From Candidatus Saccharibacteria bacterium UBA1788 (GTDB lineage Bacteria > Patescibacteriota > Saccharimonadia > Saccharimonadales > Saccharimonadaceae): a stretch of 34,677 bases of DNA. This document shows, one piece after another, positions 15,790 through 23,935 of the stretch (positions are counted from its first letter, which is position 1; each line of letters begins with the position of its first letter). The position numbers and the translations under genes are program-made. The stretch is taken from NCBI GenBank assembly GCA_002315165.1, contig DCGC01000040.1, forward strand, positions 4,679 to 39,355, given 5' to 3'. The notes beneath the pieces were generated by a model. It was not told where the DNA came from. It did not search any database and saw nothing but the letters and a program-made list of their open reading frames with translations.

Positions 15790-16740
15790 ATGCAGAAAAT
15801 TGTTGTTGCCGGTGGCGGCGTTCTGGGCAGTCAAATAGCTTTTCAGGCTGCATATTGCGGTTTAAACGTGACTATTTGGCTAAGAAGCGAGGAGAGTATC
15901 TCGCGCACAAAACCTAAACTCGAACAGCTAGAAAAAACTTACACCGACTTCATCAACGAAATGTCAAAAAAAACAGTTTTGGGCAATGGCATTGCCACTC
16001 CAGATAATTTCGACAAAAAATCTTGCCTCAAAAAAGTTAAAGACGCTGCTAAAAATATCAAAATCGAGCTTGATTTGGCCAAGGCCGTAAAAAACGCCGA
16101 CTTAGTAATCGAATCAGTGACCGAGCAAAAACAAACCAAAATCAATTTCTACAAAAAGCTCGCTCCGCTTCTCGATGCTAAAACCATTATCGCTACTAAT
16201 TCCTCAACTATGCTCCCGTCAACGTTTGCCGTTTATACGGGTCGTCCGGAAAAATACCTCGCTATACATTTTGCAAATTCAATTTGGAAAAACAACACTG
16301 CCGAAATTATGGCGCAGCCAAAAACCAGCACTAAGACTTTTAATGCTGCGATGAAAATTGCCAAGTCAATCAATATGATTCCTTTGCCAATTGCGCAAGA
16401 AAAATCTGGTTATCTACTAAACTCCATGTTAGTTCCGTTCCTGCTTAGCGCTCTCGATCTTTATGCTAGCGGCGTTTCTGATCCTGAGAGCATTGACATT
16501 GCTTGGACTGCTGGAACTGGCGCTCCAAAAGGACCTTTTGTTATTATCGACGCTGTTGGCCTTAAAACTACTTACGAAATCGTCGAACAATATCAAAAAG
16601 TTCCGAGCCTAGTCAATCCGCTTCTTAAAAAGATGATGATGCCATATAACTTCAAAGCTATGAAAAAAATCCTCAGCGAAAGAATCAAAGAAGGCAAACT
16701 CGGGGAACAATCCGGCGAAGGATTTTATAAATACAACTAA
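15790..16740 (+). CDS. 3-hydroxyacyl-CoA dehydrogenase family oxidoreductase
   Basis: GGGVLGSQIA Rossmann motif, DLVIESVTE, ATNSST, catalytic HFAN, GPFVIIDAVGL, GKLG..SGEGFYKY. Confidence 0.92.
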   Translation: MQKIVVAGGGVLGSQIAFQAAYCGLNVTIWLRSEESISRTKPKLEQLEKTYTDFINEMSKKTVLGNGIATPDNFDKKSCLKKVKDAAKNIKIELDLAKAVKNADLVIESVTEQKQTKINFYKKLAPLLDAKTIIATNSSTMLPSTFAVYTGRPEKYLAIHFANSIWKNNTAEIMAQPKTSTKTFNAAMKIAKSINMIPLPIAQEKSGYLLNSMLVPFLLSALDLYASGVSDPESIDIAWTAGTGAPKGPFVIIDAVGLKTTYEIVEQYQKVPSLVNPLLKKMMMPYNFKAMKKILSERIKEGKLGEQSGEGFYKYN

Positions 16741-16745
16741 ACTAT

Positions 16746-16772
16746 AAAAATCTCCCTTTCGGGAGATTTTTT
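16746..16772. terminator. Bidirectional intrinsic terminator
   Basis: AAAAATCTCCC-TTTC-GGGAGATTTTTT. Confidence 0.9.
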
Positions 16773-16872
16773 AGCGACCGTCTTTCAAATTTGGATGTTT
16801 GCGCTTGTCGCTGTGTTTGTGATTATTGTTACGATTTAGTTTAGCAATAACTTTGTTGCATTTCTTTCTCAT
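16771..16872 (-). CDS. Putative 33-aa highly basic small protein (below ORF-track cutoff)
   Basis: MRKKCNKVIAKLNRNNNHKHSDKRKHPNLKDGR*; TGtTAAAAT 7 nt upstream of ATG; stop abuts the bidirectional terminator. Confidence 0.6.
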   Translation of the reverse strand: MRKKCNKVIAKLNRNNNHKHSDKRKHPNLKDGR

Positions 16873-16933
16873 ACAAATTATTTTAACACGAACTATCTAT
16901 CAAGTAAAATGTTTATGCTATAATATATTTAAT

Positions 16934-18541
16934 ATGAACGAATCTGAGATTCAGGCTAAACGCCGCGATAATGAAGAAAACGCAACCGCAAGCCGTGCGC
17001 GCATTTTAGGCCTGCCCTACCTCGATACTCGTTCTTTTGAAAATTCTATTCCGCTAGCCAATGACCTACTCAATGTTTCCGACATGCATAAAAATTTCGT
17101 CCTACCTCTCCAAAAAGGAGGGAACGGCGAACGCTATCAATTTATGGTCACTAGCCAAACCCCGAGCTCTATTATCCGCGATATGCGCCAAGATTATTCC
17201 AACCATGGTGAACGGGTAGATTTCTTTCTTATTTCTGGTTCCGCCTTCAAAGTTTTTATGTTGCGCTACGACCCGCCAAAAGAAGAGAACTATGACGACA
17301 TTAAAATTTCCGCCGCTGGCGATTCCGAAACCATCACATCGGTTTCGCGCACGCTAAACGCCGTTTCGACCGAAAAAGTTTTTGATTTTCTTCTTGACCA
17401 GGCCGACAAACTTGGGGCCTCAGATATTCATATCGAAAACATGCGCGGAACCATTCGTATTCGTATGCGTGTTGACGGCATTCTCCATCCAGTCGCAGAA
17501 ATCGGTAAAGACCGCTACCGTATCTTAATGGGGGAATTGTCGTCTCGGGCTAACGTCTCAACAGTCGCAACTACGCCCCAATCTGGACACATGCAAACCG
17601 ACATTACTCGTGACGGGTCTACGCACACTCTTAATATTCGCGTGGAAACCGTTCCGACTATGTATGGCCAAGACGCAGTTCTTCGTCTCTTTAATTTTGA
17701 CGAAAGCTTGCTCAACCTTGATTTGCTTGGCTTGTCAGAAAAGGAACGCAAAGAAATCAACGAAGTTATTTCTCACCCTCGCGGCCTCGTGCTGATGGTT
17801 GGTCCTACCGGTTCCGGTAAATCCACCACGCTTTATTCCATGCTTAACGCCCTCAACACGACCGAAAAGAAAATCATCACTCTCGAAGACCCAATCGAAT
17901 ATGGCATTGCCGGCATTTCTCAAATCCCAATCAACACTACCGACGGCGGCTCTTTTGCCGACGGTTTGCGCTCGGTTTTACGTCTCGACCCTGACGTTGT
18001 TATGGTTGGCGAGATTCGCGACGCCGATACTGCTAAGACAGCAATCCAAGCTTCTATCACCGGGCATCTTGTTCTTAGCTCTTTCCATGCCAATTCAACA
18101 TCCGCAGCTTTTTCTCGCATGATTGACCTTATCGGTACTAACCCGATTTTCTCTAGCTCGATTCGTCTCGTAGTTGCGCAACGTTTAGTGCGTAAATTAT
18201 CCGACAACAAAGAAGCCTACGAACCAGATGAAGCTACTAAAAAATATATTACCGACGTCCTAAAAGACGTCCCGGATTTTGATGCTAGCCATATTGAACT
18301 CTATCGCCCAGTTCCTACTAAGGACAATCCTTTTGGTTACGAAGGCCGTACTGTCTTAATGGAACAACTTATTGTTTCTGAAGATATTCAGTCCTTTATT
18401 CGTGGAGACGTTGAAGATATTAATACTAATGCTATCGAATCCGTTGCTAAGAAAAACGGCATGCTCACTCTAGAACAAAAAGGTTTACTCATGGCGCTTC
18501 GCGGTGAGACTTCGCTTGAAGAAATTTCCCGTGTGATATAA
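16934..18541 (+). CDS. pilB: Type IV pilus/T2SS assembly ATPase, PilB/GspE family
   Basis: ASDIHIE, RMRVDG, GPTGSGKSTT, TLEDPIEY, LRLDPDVVMVGEIRD, TGHLV; start revised to ATG 16934, 9 nt after TGcTATAAT. Confidence 0.9.
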   Translation: MNESEIQAKRRDNEENATASRARILGLPYLDTRSFENSIPLANDLLNVSDMHKNFVLPLQKGGNGERYQFMVTSQTPSSIIRDMRQDYSNHGERVDFFLISGSAFKVFMLRYDPPKEENYDDIKISAAGDSETITSVSRTLNAVSTEKVFDFLLDQADKLGASDIHIENMRGTIRIRMRVDGILHPVAEIGKDRYRILMGELSSRANVSTVATTPQSGHMQTDITRDGSTHTLNIRVETVPTMYGQDAVLRLFNFDESLLNLDLLGLSEKERKEINEVISHPRGLVLMVGPTGSGKSTTLYSMLNALNTTEKKIITLEDPIEYGIAGISQIPINTTDGGSFADGLRSVLRLDPDVVMVGEIRDADTAKTAIQASITGHLVLSSFHANSTSAAFSRMIDLIGTNPIFSSSIRLVVAQRLVRKLSDNKEAYEPDEATKKYITDVLKDVPDFDASHIELYRPVPTKDNPFGYEGRTVLMEQLIVSEDIQSFIRGDVEDINTNAIESVAKKNGMLTLEQKGLLMALRGETSLEEISRVI

Positions 18542-18551
18542 TTAAATAACT

Positions 18552-19298
18552 ATGACAACTGCGAAAGAAAAACAACCAAAGGTTTCTGCCGACTATAACG
18601 GCTATGACTATGAAGAATATTGGCGCGAGCATGATCGTGCTTATGAAGATGAAGCTGATCGCATGGCTATTCGTAAGCTTCTTCCTAAAAAAATGGATAA
18701 TTTTGTTGATATCGGCGGCGGTTATGGCCGTCTTGCTAATGAATACCTTAAACGCGCTAAAAAAGTCACCATTTTTGATTATTCTAAAACCGAACTAGCC
18801 CAAGCCAAAGAAAAATATGGCGACAAAATCAATACCAAAGCTGGCGATATTTATCAACTACCGTTCAAAGATAACGAATTTGATGGAATGATGATGGTTC
18901 GCGTCACGCATCACCTAAAAGACCTCGAAGCTGCAATGCGTGAATTTTATCGCGTGCTTGCTCCTGGTGGTACTTTTGTTATTGAAGTTGCCAACAAAAG
19001 AACTCTGCCAAAAATGTTCCGATATTGGTTTAAAAAATCCGATATCAATCCTTTTGACGAAAAACCTTCCAATCAAAAAGACACCAATATGATTAACTAT
19101 CATCCAAAATACGTCGAAAAAATGTTTGACAAAATTGGCTTTAAGATTGACAAAGTACTTTCGGTCTCAAACTTCCGCAGTACAACTCTTAAAAAAGTTT
19201 TTGGTGCAAAAACTCTCATTAAACTCGAGCAATCTGCCCAAGAAAACCTTGCCGGAGTTCGTTTCGCTCCATCAATTTATTATCGCCTTAAAAAATAA
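18552..19298 (+). CDS. Class I SAM-dependent methyltransferase
   Basis: VDIGGGYGR motif I, GDIYQLPFKDNEFD, RVLAPGG. Confidence 0.92.
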   Translation: MTTAKEKQPKVSADYNGYDYEEYWREHDRAYEDEADRMAIRKLLPKKMDNFVDIGGGYGRLANEYLKRAKKVTIFDYSKTELAQAKEKYGDKINTKAGDIYQLPFKDNEFDGMMMVRVTHHLKDLEAAMREFYRVLAPGGTFVIEVANKRTLPKMFRYWFKKSDINPFDEKPSNQKDTNMINYHPKYVEKMFDKIGFKIDKVLSVSNFRSTTLKKVFGAKTLIKLEQSAQENLAGVRFAPSIYYRLKK

Positions 19299-19300
19299 TT

Positions 19301-19972
19301 ATGATTGGCGTTTTTGATTCGGGTATTGGCGGCTTAACTATTCTGGAAGAACTAAAAAAAGTTCTTCCAGATGAAGAGTTTGAATATTTTGCCGATTCAA
19401 AAAATAATCCCTACGGCGAAAAGTCTGATGCTGAACTATTTAATATTACGCAAAAAATTTGTGAAAATTTTATTTCTCGTGGCGCTAAAATTATTGTTAT
19501 TGCCTGTAATACGGCTACGACTCGCTGTATCGATTTTTTGCGAGCTACTTTTTCAGACACGATTTTTGTTGGCACTGAGCCAGCAGTCAAATTGGCATGC
19601 GACAGTGGATATAATAATATCTTGATTCTTGCCACGCCAGGCACTGTGGAATCATCACGCCTCGAACAACTTATCGTGGATAATAAAAAACCAAATCAAA
19701 ATATTTCCACCCTTGCTTGTCCAGGTTTGGCGCATGCTATCGAAACAAAAAATTCTCAGCTCATTTCTGAACTGTTAGATAAATTCTTCCATAATCTAGA
19801 TACCGATAGTTTTGACGCTGTAGTCTTAGGCTGCACCCATTATCCGCTCATTATAGGTGAACTAAAAAAATACTTTAAAAAAGCCGCCTTCATAGACGGA
19901 CGCAAGGCAGTCGCTAAACGCGTACTGGAATTGGCGAGACCAGCTGGAATCGAACCAGCATTGTATCCTTAG
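19301..19972 (+). CDS. murI: Glutamate racemase
   Basis: IGVFDSGIGGLT, PYGEKS, IACNTA and LGCTHYP (both catalytic Cys). Confidence 0.96.
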   Translation: MIGVFDSGIGGLTILEELKKVLPDEEFEYFADSKNNPYGEKSDAELFNITQKICENFISRGAKIIVIACNTATTRCIDFLRATFSDTIFVGTEPAVKLACDSGYNNILILATPGTVESSRLEQLIVDNKKPNQNISTLACPGLAHAIETKNSQLISELLDKFFHNLDTDSFDAVVLGCTHYPLIIGELKKYFKKAAFIDGRKAVAKRVLELARPAGIEPALYP

Positions 19973-20006
19973 AGGGGATATGTCCTATCCGTTGAACGAT
20001 GGTCCC
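19932..20006 (-). tRNA. tRNA-Arg(TCT)
   Basis: GGGACCA/TGGTCTC acceptor, A20, TATCC-CCTCTAA-GGATA anticodon arm, GGTTCGATTCC, GCCA end. Confidence 0.88.
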
Positions 20007-20027
20007 GTCTATTAAATTATACCTCTC

Positions 20028-20056
20028 TTGACATTTTTTTGCTAGTGCGCTATAAT
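20028..20056 (+). promoter_or_regulatory. Consensus sigma70 promoter of nusA
   Basis: TTGACA-17 nt-TATAAT. Confidence 0.9.
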
Positions 20057-20073
20057 AGAATTATTCTGATATT

Positions 20074-20100
20074 GACCGACCTGAAAAAGGGCGGTTTTTT
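20074..20100 (+). terminator. Putative attenuator in nusA leader
   Basis: GACCG(A)CCT-GAAAA-AGG(G)CGGTT followed by T-run, between promoter and SD. Confidence 0.6.
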
Positions 20101-20118
20101 AGTTAAAAAGGAGAAAAA

Positions 20119-21225
20119 ATGGAAGGTTTAGACCTCAAACAGATGTCAGCAATGGTTAAAATTATTGCTGAAGAAAAGAATTTACCAGAAGAAACCGTCC
20201 TTGACGTTATTCAGATGGCTATCGCGGCAGCTTGGCGTAAAGATAACGGCGATAAAGAAATGAATGTTCGCGCCGTTCTTAATATTCAAAGCGGCGAAGC
20301 TGATGTTTTTGTTGGCCGTGAAGTTATCGAGGATGATATTGCTTATAATCCGTCTACCGAAATCCCACTCAAAGAAGCTGGCAAGGATGCCAAAATTGGC
20401 GACATCGTTGAAGAAAAACACAAAGTTACGAACTTTGGTCGCGTTGCTTCTATGACTGCTAAACAAGTTGTTATTTCCCGCCTGCGCGAAGCGGAGCGTG
20501 ATGCCGTCCTTACTATGTTTGAAGACAAAATCGGCACAGTCATGACTGGCACTATTGCTCGCGTAGAGTCAAAAGTAGTTCGTATTGATCTTGGTCGCGC
20601 TACTGGAATTATGCCTCGCTCAGAACAAATCGACGGCGAATACTATACTGTTGGATCGCGCATTAAAGTCTATCTCAAAGGCGTCGAACGCGGCGAACGC
20701 GGAGCGCAACTCATTCTTTCTCGCGGTTCCGAAGAATTTATTGAATACCTCTTCCGTCAAGAAGTTCCAGAAATCGAAAATGGTACCGTAGAAATTCGTG
20801 GTATCGCTCGCGAAGCTGGTCGCAGAACTAAAATCGCTGTTATGTCGACTGTTCCTGGCGTTGACCCTGTTGGTACTTTCGTTGGTGGTCGTGGAGTTCG
20901 CGTCCAAGCTGTTATGAACGAAATCGGTGACCGCGAAAAAATCGACATTATTAACTGGAGCGACAATATTTCCGAATATATTCGCGAGGCTCTCTCTCCG
21001 GCCGAAGTTCTCAAAGTAGAAATCGATGGCAAACGCGCCAAAGTTTATGTTACTGAAGACCAACAATCTATCGCTATCGGTCGCCAAGGCCAAAACGTCC
21101 GTCTTGCTTCCAAGCTTACCGGATACGAACTAGACATTGAGCTCGCTAAGGCGCCAGAAAAAAAGAAAAAACAAAACGTAGAAGATTCATTGCTTTCAGC
21201 AATCGAAGAAACTGCCGAAGAATAA
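20119..21225 (+). CDS. nusA: Transcription termination/antitermination factor NusA
   Basis: FGRVASMTAKQV, S1 domain, AREAGRRTKIAV, AIGRQGQNVRLASKLTG; AAGGAG SD. Confidence 0.97.
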   Translation: MEGLDLKQMSAMVKIIAEEKNLPEETVLDVIQMAIAAAWRKDNGDKEMNVRAVLNIQSGEADVFVGREVIEDDIAYNPSTEIPLKEAGKDAKIGDIVEEKHKVTNFGRVASMTAKQVVISRLREAERDAVLTMFEDKIGTVMTGTIARVESKVVRIDLGRATGIMPRSEQIDGEYYTVGSRIKVYLKGVERGERGAQLILSRGSEEFIEYLFRQEVPEIENGTVEIRGIAREAGRRTKIAVMSTVPGVDPVGTFVGGRGVRVQAVMNEIGDREKIDIINWSDNISEYIREALSPAEVLKVEIDGKRAKVYVTEDQQSIAIGRQGQNVRLASKLTGYELDIELAKAPEKKKKQNVEDSLLSAIEETAEE

Positions 21226-21233
21226 TCAATAAT

Positions 21234-21261
21234 AAAATCCCCCGCCATACGGGGGATTTTT
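21234..21261 (+). terminator. Intrinsic terminator
   Basis: AAAATCCCCCG-CCATA-CGGGGGATTTTT. Confidence 0.9.
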
Positions 21262-21273
21262 AGCGACCAAGGC

Positions 21274-21316
21274 TTGACCTAAATAGCTACTTTTGCTATA
21301 ATCAAAGTAGCTATTT
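21274..21316 (+). promoter_or_regulatory. rnj promoter overlaid by a 13-bp inverted repeat
   Basis: TTGACC-17 nt-TATAAT; AAATAGCTACTTT (21281-21293) / AAAGTAGCTATTT (21304-21316). Confidence 0.8.
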
Positions 21317-21353
21317 TTACTTGTAATTAAAAACTTAAAGGAAATATTTTTAC

Positions 21354-23459
21354 ATGAATAAACAAGAAGAAGAGCGCCGTGCCCGCCTTATGAAAATGCG
21401 CAATGAACGTCTCCCGGATATCAAAAAACAATTTGAAGAAGCCCAAAATCGTCGCTTTAACTCTAATTTTGCTCCAGGTGGCAAGGACGAAAAATTAGTC
21501 AAGAAAAAGGCTGCTGCTAAAAAAGCATCAACTAAAACCGCTAAAAAAGCCGCCGCAAGTGAGGTCGATAAGCGCCACGTCAACCTTTCTGTCTCTACGC
21601 GTAAAGGGGAAATGGTCCATCACCAGCGCATGCTTTCGCAAGACGTTAATGCACAAGCTACACAACATATTATCGGTGTTCCTGTTAATAAATCCCGCTA
21701 CAACGGTTACAACGGTAGCCAGGTAACCAACTCTCAGCTCAAGACCGCGCGCCCGGATTCTGATTCTGTGCGTATTATTCCAATCGGTGGCGTTGGTGAA
21801 TTTGGCATCGGCAAAAATATGACAGTCATCGAATATAAACAAGAAATAATTGTTGTAGATATGGGCACACTTTTTGCTAATGATGACTACCCAGGCGTCA
21901 ACTATATGGTTCCTGATATTAAATATCTCGAAGATAATCGCGATAAGGTCAAAGCAATTCTTTTCACGCACGCCCACCTCGACCATATCGGTGCTTGTCG
22001 CCATCTTTTACCTAAATTCAATCTTCTTACACCGATCTATGGCACAGATTTTACTATTGGCATGATTAAAAAAGAGATGTCCGAGCTCGAAGACATCCCA
22101 GAATTAAACTATCAAGTTGTTGATCCACTTAAGCATGAAAAGTTCCAAGTTTCTGAACATTTTTCAGTTGAATTTATTCACGTCCTCCATTCAATTCCAG
22201 GTTCGGCCAGCATCGTTATCCGCACTCCAAACGGCACAATCTATCTTTCTGGCGACTGGCGCCACGAAGAAAAACCGTTAGGAATCCAAACCGACTACGA
22301 GCGTATCGACGAAATCGTCAAAACCGAAGGCATAGATTTAATGCTGAACGAATCCACTAATATTGACTCGCCTGGACATCACCCACACTCGGAATACGAC
22401 GTTGGTGAAAATCTTGGTAAAGTCATGGACCACTATGCTTCGGGTCGTATTATTGTCTCTTGCTTTTCATCGCAAATCGGCCGTATTGAGCTTGTCCTTC
22501 GTGAAGCCGCTGCGCGCGGTCGCAAAGTCGCCTTCTCGGGCTTCTCTATGATTAATAATATCGAAGTCGCCCTACGTTCAAAATCGATTAAAGTTCCAAA
22601 AGACACCATCATGAAAATGGAAGACATCATTAAACTTCCTGATGATAAGGTCACGATTGTTTGTACCGGTTCTCAAGGCGAACTCAACGCCGTGCTTAAT
22701 CGTATGGTTTCTGGCGTTCATAAATACATCAAAATCAAATCGACCGATACCGTTGTTTTTTCATCAAACCCAATTCCAGGCAACGAGCCTCATGTAGTCT
22801 CGACAGTTGACGGTTTGCTTCGTGAGGGTGCGCAGGTAATTCAAAACGGCAAAACTCACCTCAATAATCTTGGTCCGCTCCACCTTTCAGGTCATGCCTA
22901 CTATGAAGACCACGTTGATTTTGTCACTCGTCTCAACCCTACGAACTACATGCCCTATCACGGCGAATTCTACATGCTCGAGCATAATGCCGAGATGGCG
23001 GAAAACGTTATCGGCATTCCAAAAGATCGCATCATTATTTCTGATGATGGCGATATTGTCGAATTCACTAAAGATAAGAAAATCCGTAAAAACGGACGTA
23101 TTCAAGTTGGCAATAAACTTTATGATGATGCCGATCAGCCTGTCCATGAAGCTGTCGTAAAAGACCGTATTCACATTTCCCGTGAAGGCATTTTTGTCAT
23201 TGTTCTTACCCTTTCTAAGAAAACTGGTCGTCTTATTAAAACTCCAGATATCGTTTCACGCGCGTTTATTTATCTCGATAACTCCGAGGAGCTTATCGGC
23301 AAAATTCGTCACTATCTTCGAGCGAAAACTGACAAATCAATTTCTACTGACCCCGAACTAAAAGTTCTCAAAGAAGAAATTAAAGAAGATATCACTCATA
23401 TCTTATTTGATGCGACTGGTCATACGCCAATTGTTATCCCAGTTATCAACAAAGTATAG
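21354..23459 (+). CDS. rnj: Ribonuclease J with long N-terminal extension
   Basis: IIPIGGVGEFGIGKNM, THAHLDHIG, HSIP, ESTN, TGSQGE, SGHA, PYHGE motifs. Confidence 0.96.
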   Translation: MNKQEEERRARLMKMRNERLPDIKKQFEEAQNRRFNSNFAPGGKDEKLVKKKAAAKKASTKTAKKAAASEVDKRHVNLSVSTRKGEMVHHQRMLSQDVNAQATQHIIGVPVNKSRYNGYNGSQVTNSQLKTARPDSDSVRIIPIGGVGEFGIGKNMTVIEYKQEIIVVDMGTLFANDDYPGVNYMVPDIKYLEDNRDKVKAILFTHAHLDHIGACRHLLPKFNLLTPIYGTDFTIGMIKKEMSELEDIPELNYQVVDPLKHEKFQVSEHFSVEFIHVLHSIPGSASIVIRTPNGTIYLSGDWRHEEKPLGIQTDYERIDEIVKTEGIDLMLNESTNIDSPGHHPHSEYDVGENLGKVMDHYASGRIIVSCFSSQIGRIELVLREAAARGRKVAFSGFSMINNIEVALRSKSIKVPKDTIMKMEDIIKLPDDKVTIVCTGSQGELNAVLNRMVSGVHKYIKIKSTDTVVFSSNPIPGNEPHVVSTVDGLLREGAQVIQNGKTHLNNLGPLHLSGHAYYEDHVDFVTRLNPTNYMPYHGEFYMLEHNAEMAENVIGIPKDRIIISDDGDIVEFTKDKKIRKNGRIQVGNKLYDDADQPVHEAVVKDRIHISREGIFVIVLTLSKKTGRLIKTPDIVSRAFIYLDNSEELIGKIRHYLRAKTDKSISTDPELKVLKEEIKEDITHILFDATGHTPIVIPVINKV

Positions 23460-23461
23460 AA

Positions 23462-23488
23462 AATTCCCCCGAAATTTTCGGGGGAATT
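23462..23488. terminator. Hairpin terminator between convergent genes
   Basis: AATTCCCCCGAAA-T-TTTCGGGGGAATT. Confidence 0.8.
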
Positions 23489-23521
23489 AATAAAATACGA
23501 GCCGTCTTTTTGTGTAAAATG

Positions 23522-23752
23522 TCATAGTGTCAAAACCTCTTCAACCCAGTCGCCGGGAGTAAAGGAATACACCTCGTTGTAGCCTGAATGAAACACCATC
23601 TTGCTATTTACGAAAACTCCGCTTTCGTCTCCGTACCAAGATTTCATGACGATTTTATCTCCATTCTTTGCTTTAAATTCAAGCGCGAAACCTTCTTTTT
23701 TCTGTAAGATTTCCAAAACCTTTTTAAACACCAAATCTTGTTTGCCTTGCAT
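23522..23752 (-). CDS. Hypothetical 76-aa protein flanked by inverted repeats
   Basis: AAGGAGG SD, TGaTATAAT promoter at 23803-23811 (minus), terminator downstream; no recognisable family. Confidence 0.75.
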   Translation of the reverse strand: MQGKQDLVFKKVLEILQKKEGFALEFKAKNGDKIVMKSWYGDESGVFVNSKMVFHSGYNEVYSFTPGDWVEEVLTL

Positions 23753-23802
23753 CTTAAGAACCCTCCTTCTTTAAATAAAACACACAAGACGGCTCCTTCT
23801 AT

Positions 23803-23827
23803 ATTATATCATATTTAATGGTATAAT
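23803..23827. promoter_or_regulatory. Back-to-back extended -10 promoters (76-aa gene / tRNA-Leu)
   Basis: ATTATATCAT-ATTTA-ATGGTATAAT. Confidence 0.75.
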
Positions 23828-23835
23828 TATTCTAT

Positions 23836-23922
23836 GCCCGAGTGGCGGAATTGGTAGACGCGCTAGCTTCAGGTGCTAGTCTAAGCAATTGGGTGTGGGT
23901 TCGAGTCCCACCCCGGGCACCA
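23836..23922 (+). tRNA. tRNA-Leu(CAG)
   Basis: CTAGC-TTCAGGT-GCTAG anticodon arm, long variable arm, ACCA end. Confidence 0.96.
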
Positions 23923-23935
23923 TTTAGGAGGTAAT

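Noticed and set aside
16826-16933. ORF-track N-terminal extension of pilB
   Set aside because: It spans the promoter (TGcTATAAT) and overlaps the opposite-strand small ORF; ATG 16934 fits better.
19932-20006. Amber suppressor or pyrrolysine tRNA (CTA in loop)
   Set aside because: The perfect 5-bp stem centres TCT; A20 and G73 indicate Arg; TAG is used as a normal stop in the window.
23499-23795. Autonomous IS element
   Set aside because: Only about 300 bp, no transposase motifs and no target-site duplication.
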